A stretch of DNA of 64,000 nt from Limisphaerales bacterium (lineage in GTDB: Bacteria > Verrucomicrobiota > Verrucomicrobiia > Limisphaerales > JAJOIW01): contig CBFHOE010000003.1 in assembly GCA_965657355.1 (NCBI GenBank), positions 106,220 to 170,219 of the forward strand. Reading direction: 5' to 3'. Made by a program: the position numbers and the translations under genes. The number at the start of each line of letters is the position of its first letter. Position 1 is the first letter of the stretch. Positions 9,509 through 17,582 of the stretch are shown piece by piece. The notes under the pieces were generated by a model. The model was given only the letters and a program-made list of their open reading frames with translations, was not told where the DNA came from and did not search any database.

Positions 9509-9857
9509 GAAATTCTGCAATCTTTGACTTTGGTCGGCCGATTATCCCTTTTTTCCCTTTAACAATAATAGGTCTCTGTAATAGTTGCTTGTGCTTTACA
9601 AGAATCTCTACAACGGCGTCTGGATTGCCTTCAAAGTCCTCAGCTTTGAGTTCAAGTTTCTTAAATTTTGAATCTTTACGCACGAGGTCTTCTACTGGGT
9701 CTTTTAGTATTTTGACTAATTCCTCCAAATCCTCTTTTGTGGGTGGGGTTTTTATATACTCGATGATTTCGGCTTCGACTCCTAGTTCCTCGGCGACCGC
9801 CAGGGCGTTTTTGGAAGAACCTCAATGAGGATAATGGTATATCTTAACGGTTGTCAC
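9498..9857 (-). CDS. arsC: ArsC-family (glutaredoxin-type) arsenate reductase, predicted selenoprotein (Sec12), 119 aa
   Basis: GTG start at 9857 reads MTTVKIYHYPH-UGA-GSSKNAL in frame into the 9498..9728 ORF; H8, U12, R60, R95, R108 match the E. coli ArsC H8/C12/R60/R94/R107 register. Confidence 0.85.
9784..9821 (-). promoter_or_regulatory. Putative bacterial SECIS element
   Basis: Immediately 3' of the UGA (9824-9822): GGUUCUUC pairs with GAGGAACU, enclosing a GGC-GGUC-GCC stem-loop with G-starting loop about 24 nt after the UGA; folded by eye only. Confidence 0.6.
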
Positions 9858-9975
9858 AATGATGGAAATTATACTAAAACGACCAATTTATTGGAATACT
9901 TTTATCCTAGAAGTTATTTGTTGAGAAGAACCATATACAGATCTTTTAGTATTCTAAATTTATGAATTGCCTATT

Positions 9976-10500
9976 ATGCCTGTAATCACAACATCGTATA
10001 TCTCGCCCGTGGGAGAATTGATCTTAGGTTCTTTTCAGAATAAACTTTGTTTATGCGATTGGAAATCTAGACAAAGAAGAAAAGCTATAGACCAAAAAAT
10101 CGCCTCTACCCTGAATGAACCATTTCATCAGGGTATGGATTCTCTTCTAAATTTATCAATGGAACAGCTTAACGAATACTTTGCCGGTGAAAGAAAAAGC
10201 TTTGATATCCCGATTTTGGAGTGCGGATCACATTTTCAAAAAGAAGTTTGGAAAGCGCTCCGCGATATTCCTTATGGAACTGTGATGAGCTACGGCCAAT
10301 TAGCTCAAAGTATGGGGAAACCGAATTCCACTAGAGCTGTCGCCAATGCAAATGCCGCTAATGCGATTTCTATAATAACCCCATGCCATAGAATTATTGG
10401 TAGCAGTGGAAAGCTTGTTGGATACGCGGGTGGTATGGATGCAAAGAAGCATTTGTTAAAGCATGAGTGCCCGGACGTTCTGGATTTTAGCACCTCTTGA
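9976..10500 (+). CDS. ogt: Methylated-DNA-[protein]-cysteine S-methyltransferase
   Basis: PCHR active-site motif, IPYG..SYGQLA; ATG at 9976 preferred over TTG at 9967. Confidence 0.92.
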   Translation: MPVITTSYISPVGELILGSFQNKLCLCDWKSRQRRKAIDQKIASTLNEPFHQGMDSLLNLSMEQLNEYFAGERKSFDIPILECGSHFQKEVWKALRDIPYGTVMSYGQLAQSMGKPNSTRAVANANAANAISIITPCHRIIGSSGKLVGYAGGMDAKKHLLKHECPDVLDFSTS

Positions 10501-10543
10501 TGCTTCTAACAAACAATCGCTGGTTAGATCGCCCGCGAAAAGC

Positions 10544-11512
10544 CTAACTATTTTGATAACAAAGTTTTTCTGCAAGCTTAACAGCCTCAATAAGTGATCC
10601 GGGGTTGGCTATTCCTTTGCCTGCTATATCAAATGCTGTGCCATGATCAACTGATGTTCTGATGATTGGAAGACCAAGTGTGACATTGACTGCCTCATCA
10701 AATGCAAGGGCTTTAAGTGGTATGTGACCCTGGTCGTGATACATACATATAAAAGCATCGGTAACCTTTCGGTTCTTAGGTAAGAACGCAGTGTCGGGCG
10801 GCACAGGCCCCAAAATTTTAAACCCTCTTTTTTTCGCCTCAAAAATTTCGGGCTGAATGATTTCTTCCTCCTCTTTATTTCCCAACAGGCCACCTTCTCC
10901 TGCGTGTGGGTTTAATCCAAGGACGATTAAATGAGGTTCACGGCCTTTAATTTTACATAGGGCATTTCGTGTGAGCTCTATAACATCGAATAACCTATCA
11001 CGTGTTAATAAATCAGGGACTTCATTATGACCACAATGGCAGGTTACAAAACTGGCTGTCACCTCTTTTGAGTACTGTAGCATGCAGACCTTAAGCGATG
11101 TGGTCAGGTTGGCAAGAATCTCTGTGTGCCCTATATGGGCGATTCCCGCCTTTTGTAAAGAGGACTTGTTGATTGGGGCTGTCACTATCCCATCTACACT
11201 ACCTCTCATTGCATCGTCTACAGCCTGCTTGACGTAACTATAAGAGGCTCGCCCGTAGTCTTCATCAATTATTCCTCTTTTTAATGAGGTTTCAGATAGC
11301 AGCGAAGATATGCCATTTATCTGCGACTTATCAGGCTTTGGTAGATTTAAATTTTTAGCTTCTTCCTCTAAAACGGTGCGATCTCCGTAAATGATAAGAT
11401 TAATATTAGGCAGGTTGTCTTTTGAGTAATTTAATAACTTAAGGCAAACCTCTGGGCCTACCCCAGAGGGGTCTCCCATTGTAATAGCCAATTTAATTAT
11501 GTCATTTTTCAC
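10544..11512 (-). CDS. pdxA: 4-hydroxythreonine-4-phosphate dehydrogenase (PdxA family)
   Basis: TMGDPSGVGPE, LNPHAGE, MYHDQG, RTSVDHGTAFDIAG. Confidence 0.92.
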   Translation of the reverse strand: MKNDIIKLAITMGDPSGVGPEVCLKLLNYSKDNLPNINLIIYGDRTVLEEEAKNLNLPKPDKSQINGISSLLSETSLKRGIIDEDYGRASYSYVKQAVDDAMRGSVDGIVTAPINKSSLQKAGIAHIGHTEILANLTTSLKVCMLQYSKEVTASFVTCHCGHNEVPDLLTRDRLFDVIELTRNALCKIKGREPHLIVLGLNPHAGEGGLLGNKEEEEIIQPEIFEAKKRGFKILGPVPPDTAFLPKNRKVTDAFICMYHDQGHIPLKALAFDEAVNVTLGLPIIRTSVDHGTAFDIAGKGIANPGSLIEAVKLAEKLCYQNS

Positions 11513-11824
11513 TGTCTTTTATCTCTCAAAAAATTTACCTATTGCCTGACTTATTTCAAATACCTCACATCTTTTCAATATCAATCGCATGCTGACCTTT
11601 ATCTTATCTTCACATAATCAATCGCAATTTTTTAAAGGTCTACAAAACTGGTAAGCAGATAAGTCGGTGTTTTCGTTGAAACAAACCGAGCCTAGTTATA
11701 GCGCTTTCTGCTCATTATAAAATTGGGTAGAAATTCGCCTTTTGTAAAAATAGAATCAATCAATAATGATTCAGGGTGTATCATCTTCAATAAACAAGAT
11801 ACTTGGAGTGCTGTGCGAGCAAGG

Positions 11825-13237
11825 TCATCTTGGCAGTTTTTCTGGCATGTCTGCTAAAACGTAGAGCATTGTAGCCAGAGAGGCCACACACTTTTTCATA
11901 TCCTCCTTGGAAACCTTATCGACAGTGTCTGCGTGTGTGTGGTGGTATTTAAAATAATTTGTCCTATCTACCAATACATCCATAATGGGGATCCCCTGCG
12001 AGAGCAGGGGACGTATATCTACCCCACCGGCCCCGGGCCTGACTGAGTCGGAACCTAATGGTTTATTTAATTCCGCAATTTTTTTAATAAACGGCATGGC
12101 CTTATTACTGCCAGTAAAAGCAAATCCCTCAGGAGTAAAGGTCCCAGTATCTGATTCAATGGCTATGACTACTTTATCTGAATTCTCTTTTTGAGATTGT
12201 GCGTAAATTTTTGCTCCATTTGCTCCATTTTCCTCATTCGTCCAAAGAACGAGCCTGAGAGTTCTCTTTGGCTTGAGATCAAGGTCATGGATGAGTTTTA
12301 TGGCATGCCATGCCATCATGCAGCCGCCTCCGTCGTCCTGAGCCCCTTGGCCCACATCCCAAGAATCGATGTGACCACCCACTATTATTACCTCCTCAGG
12401 TAAGGAACTTCCTTTGAAATCGGCAACTATATTTCTGGATATGGCGTTAGGTAAGGTCTTTCCTTCCATTGATAGACGAATGACTACCTTTTTCCCTCGA
12501 TTCTGAATGCGATGAAGTCGTTCAGCATCTTCCGGAGTGATGGCGGCATGAGGAATTTTGGCAACGCCATCTGCATATCTCATGCCTCCCGTGTGCGGTG
12601 TTTGCAAGGAGTCATGACCTACAGACCTTATAAGGCTTCCTATTGCCCCGGCACGAGAAGCCTCAATTGCCCCTGAAACCCGTATTGCTACGGTTTCTCT
12701 ATAGCTGGTGAATGGTATGTTAAACAGTACAAATTTTCCTTTTGCAACATGGGCTTTGTTTTTTAAATCCTCAAAGCTTGAGACGACTAAAACCTCTCCT
12801 ATTAGGCCCTCTGTGGGTGTTGCAATCGAGCCTCCAAGTCCGAGCATGGGTAGTTTTTTGTAGCTGGGTTCCAATTGTTCTGCAAACTCTTTACCTCTTT
12901 TCCAATTGGGCACGGAAACATCCTGGGTGCTGACGGATGTAAACCCATCATGCTTCAAGGTCTGAGCGATCCATTCTATTGCTTCTTCCAAATTTTTTGA
13001 GCCACTGAATCTTGGCCCAAAAGTATCACACATTTCTGCAAGCCGATCCCATGCTAGATTCGAATCTAGGGCTGCAGATTGTAATTTTTTAACGTTTTCT
13101 CGATAGGTCGAAGGGATATCACTGGGCTCCAAAGCATGGATCTGGCCACAAAAAGCAAAGACAAAAATACACGTAGCGATACCTATTTTTATGAATGGGC
13201 GCACTGCCTCAAATCTTTTAAAACTTATTCGTAACAT
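11825..13237 (-). CDS. M28 family peptidase (carboxypeptidase Q-like) with PA domain, exported
   Basis: GGHIDSWD, QDDGGG, NEENG, ESD, YHHT metal-ligand motifs; signal peptide. Confidence 0.9.
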   Translation of the reverse strand: MLRISFKRFEAVRPFIKIGIATCIFVFAFCGQIHALEPSDIPSTYRENVKKLQSAALDSNLAWDRLAEMCDTFGPRFSGSKNLEEAIEWIAQTLKHDGFTSVSTQDVSVPNWKRGKEFAEQLEPSYKKLPMLGLGGSIATPTEGLIGEVLVVSSFEDLKNKAHVAKGKFVLFNIPFTSYRETVAIRVSGAIEASRAGAIGSLIRSVGHDSLQTPHTGGMRYADGVAKIPHAAITPEDAERLHRIQNRGKKVVIRLSMEGKTLPNAISRNIVADFKGSSLPEEVIIVGGHIDSWDVGQGAQDDGGGCMMAWHAIKLIHDLDLKPKRTLRLVLWTNEENGANGAKIYAQSQKENSDKVVIAIESDTGTFTPEGFAFTGSNKAMPFIKKIAELNKPLGSDSVRPGAGGVDIRPLLSQGIPIMDVLVDRTNYFKYHHTHADTVDKVSKEDMKKCVASLATMLYVLADMPEKLPR

Positions 13238-13293
13238 TGAGGAAATGTTGCCTTAAGGTAGTTGTTCTTCCAAGATAATTAGACGTGAGTGAT

Positions 13294-14790
13294 TCAGAGA
13301 GACCTAGCTTCATTCAGCATCAATTCAATTTGGTGTTTTGAGGCTGGAATTTTATGGCAGTTACTTAGTAATTTATTTTTCGAAGCGGGGATCATCCAGT
13401 TTGGATAATCGAGAACTCCCCCAAGGTCCCAAGAAGAAAGTTTTTCTAGTATTTGATCAAGCGTGTATCGTGTCGATAGTAATTCACTCGCCAACGCTCT
13501 CCAATCGTTGTCTTGTTTGTATAAGAAATCGGAATACGATGGAATTAGATTTAATCTTGATTTTATTTCCTGCTGGATGATTCCAATGAAATACACTAAT
13601 GCCAACTTTTTGAATTCTTTTGAATCATGAGAAACAGAGAGCAAGGTTTTTATATATGACGATGCTGTTTGCAAGTCTCCGAGAGTCTTCTCTGAGTAAG
13701 ATTTCATAAAACTTTCTTCTGAAAGATTTTCATTTCTTAAAAAGAAGTTGGCCAACCGGCCTATACCTAATAGGTTGAGCGAAAATCCTGTTGAAAGTAA
13801 TGGGTCTACAAAACCACAAGAAGAAGGGAGTTTAATCCAGCGATCACCAGTTACCGGGCCTCTGATAAATTCAAGAGAATGAGATTTATAAAATGGAGTG
13901 ACAATTTGGCTTTGCGAAAAAAGTTTTTTTATAGCTGGTAACCTATCTAATAATGTCCTCCATATTGTTGGTGCCTCCTCTTCCTCAAGGTTTCCTAATT
14001 GGGAAAATTTGGAAATAGATGCACCCGCACTGACGATACCATTGTTGAATCTTAAAATCCAGATCCACCCTCCTTCGAACAAGAAATGAATGGCTGAATC
14101 ATCTAATGGATATGGGCTAATGCTGCCTTTTTTCAGTGCATTAGAAATAGGGCTTACATTTTGGAAATGTGCATAAACAGCAAATCGATCTCCTTCCTCC
14201 CGATGCGGCGATGATTCAGAAATAGAAAGGTGTTCGGAGGAAAAGCTATGATTGCCTGTCGCATCGATAAGATAATCTACTTTGATATTTTTTTTGATAT
14301 GATTTCTCTCTACTAATGAGAGATTTAATTTTTCTTCTGAAAAATCAACAGATTCAACAACCGTTTTCTCTAAATAAGTCACTTCATGTTTTACCGCTTG
14401 ATCAACAAGAAAGAGGTCGAACTGTGGCCTATACCAATGCGTATCTGCTACCTGTTCATCTGGGCTTGCGGCCACACACATCGTCTCTTTATTTTCGACG
14501 TTTCCCTGATCGTCTAAAAAGAAAAATGAAAAACCACGTTTTAACCCAACTTCTATATCAGGATGATGTTTTTGCCATCTTCCCCAGGTAGATAAATTGT
14601 ATAAATGAGGAAGGTCGTACTTTTTGCCGAGCTCTTCCAATAAAAAGTTTGCTAGTGGAGTAGATGATTCCCCAATAGAAAACTTGGGGTGAGAATCCCT
14701 CTCAATTAGAACCACATCGTGTCCAATTTTTTTGAGTAAGGTCGCAATGATGGCTCCTCCATACCCTGAACCAATAATTGAAATTCTCAT
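13294..14790 (-). CDS. Flavin-dependent halogenase-family FAD oxidoreductase (PrnC-like)
   Basis: IIGSGYGG FAD motif, FSIGESS, GLKRGFSF (candidate catalytic Lys), GWIWILRF (WxWxI-like), GFVDPLLSTG. Confidence 0.8.
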   Translation of the reverse strand: MRISIIGSGYGGAIIATLLKKIGHDVVLIERDSHPKFSIGESSTPLANFLLEELGKKYDLPHLYNLSTWGRWQKHHPDIEVGLKRGFSFFFLDDQGNVENKETMCVAASPDEQVADTHWYRPQFDLFLVDQAVKHEVTYLEKTVVESVDFSEEKLNLSLVERNHIKKNIKVDYLIDATGNHSFSSEHLSISESSPHREEGDRFAVYAHFQNVSPISNALKKGSISPYPLDDSAIHFLFEGGWIWILRFNNGIVSAGASISKFSQLGNLEEEEAPTIWRTLLDRLPAIKKLFSQSQIVTPFYKSHSLEFIRGPVTGDRWIKLPSSCGFVDPLLSTGFSLNLLGIGRLANFFLRNENLSEESFMKSYSEKTLGDLQTASSYIKTLLSVSHDSKEFKKLALVYFIGIIQQEIKSRLNLIPSYSDFLYKQDNDWRALASELLSTRYTLDQILEKLSSWDLGGVLDYPNWMIPASKNKLLSNCHKIPASKHQIELMLNEARSL

Positions 14791-14812
14791 GCCTATAAAA
14801 AATTAAGCTGCT

Positions 14813-15754
14813 TTAAGCTTTTTCACAAAATGAGCAGATAACTGGTTTCCTCATCGATTGGTATCTATTCATTTCTTTAAATCTAATAAATCGCTCAGGA
14901 TAGCATTCTCTGCAAATGGAAAATTTAGAAAGATCCCATAGATCCAATATAGTGCGACCAGAAAAATAATTAAGTCCGACTTGAAATGCCTGGTCGATCA
15001 AGTGTAAATCGGGCTCTCTAAATTCATCTTTTTCTGTGAGTCGTTTCATATATTCTGTTTGGCCTCGGGTTGGTATTAGCGAAAGCGTCCCCACATCACA
15101 TCGATTACATAAATCACATGCCTTCTCGATATCTCTCAGGCAGTCTGCCCTGCTTTTTGTAAAAGGAGGTTGTATGAGAACAAATGCTCTTATTTTTACC
15201 TTCCACTCCTTCAATTTTGTGCAAGCTTTTCTGAAATCCGTTAAATCAAAGCCTTTATTAAGTTTACCTAGAATCTCTTCATTCGCTGTTTCCAAACCCA
15301 TTGCAATTTCAAATTCTCCGGGTATCTGGGAGCGAAATTTTGAAATCATAGGAACAGTTAGTTTCGGGTGATTTTCGACAATGACTCTCTCGAAAGAAGA
15401 AATTAATGGAATTATTCCTGGCCAGGCTTTTTTGTTAATAGCCTTTTGATCAAAAAAACTTCCGCTGTTATATAATTTAATCCAATTTGATTTCTGCAAA
15501 TTCCCTAAAGCATATTGGATTTGTTTAATTATTTGATCACTTGAATTAGAATATGTGAGTGTGTTTTTCCAGAGATCGCACATAACACATCTCCAAGGGC
15601 ATTCTTTGTTTGTGATAAAAACAGTCGAGATAGACTTTTTATTATCCGGGTCAAGCCACTCCTCTTCATTTAACTGAGCATATGGTTGATCAGGCCGTAC
15701 GATATTTCTATCACTCCTGGATTTCAGGACCTCATGCGTTACAGATGGATTCAC
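14813..15754 (-). CDS. Radical SAM protein, RaSEA (archaeosine radical SAM)-like
   Basis: CPWRCVMC CxxxCxxC motif; IKLYNSGSFFD, IVENHP, IAMGLETAN..LNKG motifs; extra C-terminal CxxC pairs. Confidence 0.8.
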   Translation of the reverse strand: MNPSVTHEVLKSRSDRNIVRPDQPYAQLNEEEWLDPDNKKSISTVFITNKECPWRCVMCDLWKNTLTYSNSSDQIIKQIQYALGNLQKSNWIKLYNSGSFFDQKAINKKAWPGIIPLISSFERVIVENHPKLTVPMISKFRSQIPGEFEIAMGLETANEEILGKLNKGFDLTDFRKACTKLKEWKVKIRAFVLIQPPFTKSRADCLRDIEKACDLCNRCDVGTLSLIPTRGQTEYMKRLTEKDEFREPDLHLIDQAFQVGLNYFSGRTILDLWDLSKFSICRECYPERFIRFKEMNRYQSMRKPVICSFCEKA

Positions 15755-15787
15755 ATCAACAGAAGTTCACAGTTAGATAATCGCGTA

Positions 15788-17119
15788 TCAAAAAGCACCA
15801 TACATGGATAGGAACTTTCTTCTGCATTCCAATTCAGTTTTTGGGAATACACTTCTCAGATCATCTTCACTGATCGCTCCATGTTGAAACCTTCGCTTTT
15901 CAAAAGCTGGAAATTCAATATTTTCCAATATTTTGAAACCGCGTTTAATGACCTCACCTTTTAGATTATATAATTTATTTACGTTATATTCCGTAAGTTT
16001 TTTAAAAGGTATTCCTTCCGAGACCTCGATGACATCTGGTCGAGTAAATGGGCTAAAAGCTTCAAATCCGTATTCCCTAGCTGGCGCATATGATCTCGTG
16101 TAACTACGTGATAATCCTCCAGAATACGTCTGCGAGTGCTTGAATTTTCCTACGCCCCATCCTTCATGGTAGAGCATCTGATTGTTAATAACGCTACGGA
16201 TCGTTAATTCTGGATTTTCGTGAATAGGGTAGTTCTTTAAGTTTTCATCTCCTCCATCCCCATCAATGATATATTTCCAGCTTGGATAGATTTGTCTTAT
16301 TTTGCCGAGTAAAGCCAATCCCATTGCAGCACATTCCACATCCAAGATCTTATAATCTTCGATGATACTTATGGTTTTTTCGATATCGATCGATGACTGG
16401 GTAACCTCGACCGGTTCCAAAAACATTGAGAGGTTTAGTTGTTCTAAAAAAGCTCGGGCTTGATCAAGGTCTGGCCCGCTTTCAACGTGAAGGGTAAACG
16501 CCTTAAGACGCGAAAGGTTCATCCCCTTTCGACTCATCGTCAAATAAGTAGCTAGAAAGACTGCGCCACTATCGATCCCTCCTGAAAAACACACACCAAT
16601 AGGCTCTTTTTCAGGCACGTGATCAACCCATTTCTCTATTTCAGAAAAAAGTGCTTTAACATAGTTTTTCCCGATGAGGTCTATATCATCAGGTTGGGAA
16701 TCACTCGCCGGATCAAAAAATCTTACATGTCGGGCATCTGGATCAGGGCATCCAATCAACTCGAGATGGGCTATGTAGTGAGCTGGAACCATTCTTGTAT
16801 AAGACGGATGGAACTGGTCGTCTAATTTTTCCTGCTTCAGCCAGTTTAGAATTTGGTCTATCCTTTCGGCGACAATCAAAACTGGGCCGTCCTCTTTTTT
16901 AGCTAAGAAGTATCGGATTGGCCGATCCAGCGATCGTGCTAATTTTACCGATTTACCATCTCGGGCCAAGAGAGCAAAAGAACCTTCAATATTTCTTAAT
17001 GAGGCGATGTCTTCGCGTAAGATCCATTCTCTGACTTGTTCTTCACTGCAATTTCCAAGCTTTGTAATCTGAGGGTCAATTAAGTCGACTACTTGCTCGA
17101 GATATTGATGAGTTACCAT
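15788..17119 (-). CDS. Asparagine synthase (AsnB)-like ATP-dependent amide ligase lacking an N-terminal catalytic Cys
   Basis: FSGGIDSG PP-loop, DGDGGDE motif; degenerate Ntn-like N-terminal half; ATG at 17119 preferred over TTG at 17164. Confidence 0.8.
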   Translation of the reverse strand: MVTHQYLEQVVDLIDPQITKLGNCSEEQVREWILREDIASLRNIEGSFALLARDGKSVKLARSLDRPIRYFLAKKEDGPVLIVAERIDQILNWLKQEKLDDQFHPSYTRMVPAHYIAHLELIGCPDPDARHVRFFDPASDSQPDDIDLIGKNYVKALFSEIEKWVDHVPEKEPIGVCFSGGIDSGAVFLATYLTMSRKGMNLSRLKAFTLHVESGPDLDQARAFLEQLNLSMFLEPVEVTQSSIDIEKTISIIEDYKILDVECAAMGLALLGKIRQIYPSWKYIIDGDGGDENLKNYPIHENPELTIRSVINNQMLYHEGWGVGKFKHSQTYSGGLSRSYTRSYAPAREYGFEAFSPFTRPDVIEVSEGIPFKKLTEYNVNKLYNLKGEVIKRGFKILENIEFPAFEKRRFQHGAISEDDLRSVFPKTELECRRKFLSMYGAF

Positions 17120-17582
17120 GGATACAAAGATAAGGTTCCCAGAGTAATCAGTCAATCTACTCAATAGATGTTACAAAGTGAATTGTCCTTAGAAATAGCC
17201 CCAATTATTTTTTTCCATGCTGTCGCCCAAAATAATTCATTAATTCATTTCAAAACGAGGAATTTTGAATAGTAGCCATGCAACTTGTCCAAAGAATAAA
17301 AATTCAAAGTGATTCCACTTTTTTCATGAGGAATCGGAATAATTTGGATATGAGTTTAAAAAGACGTCGATTTCGAATGATTGATAAAATTTCTTTTCTA
17401 AAAGTGTAAATTAATAATTAGGCTCCCTTTGAATGGAAGCATGAAATCTGAGCCTTTGCCGTATACGCGATGGATAAGTTTTGCTGGTAATCCCAGTATT
17501 AATGCATTTAGCACTTTGATGTGGCAATTTGTATTCTTGGTATTTTTCAATTCGCAATGTCATACAGGCTGAGAGTAAAATA

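Noticed and set aside
9505..9828. 107-aa + strand ORF
   Set aside because: Antisense shadow of the arsC selenoprotein gene
17165..17580. Searched for a RiPP/lasso precursor peptide upstream of the AsnB-like gene
   Set aside because: Only very short ORFs on the operon strand and one 43-codon opposite-strand ORF (17278-17409) with no precursor features
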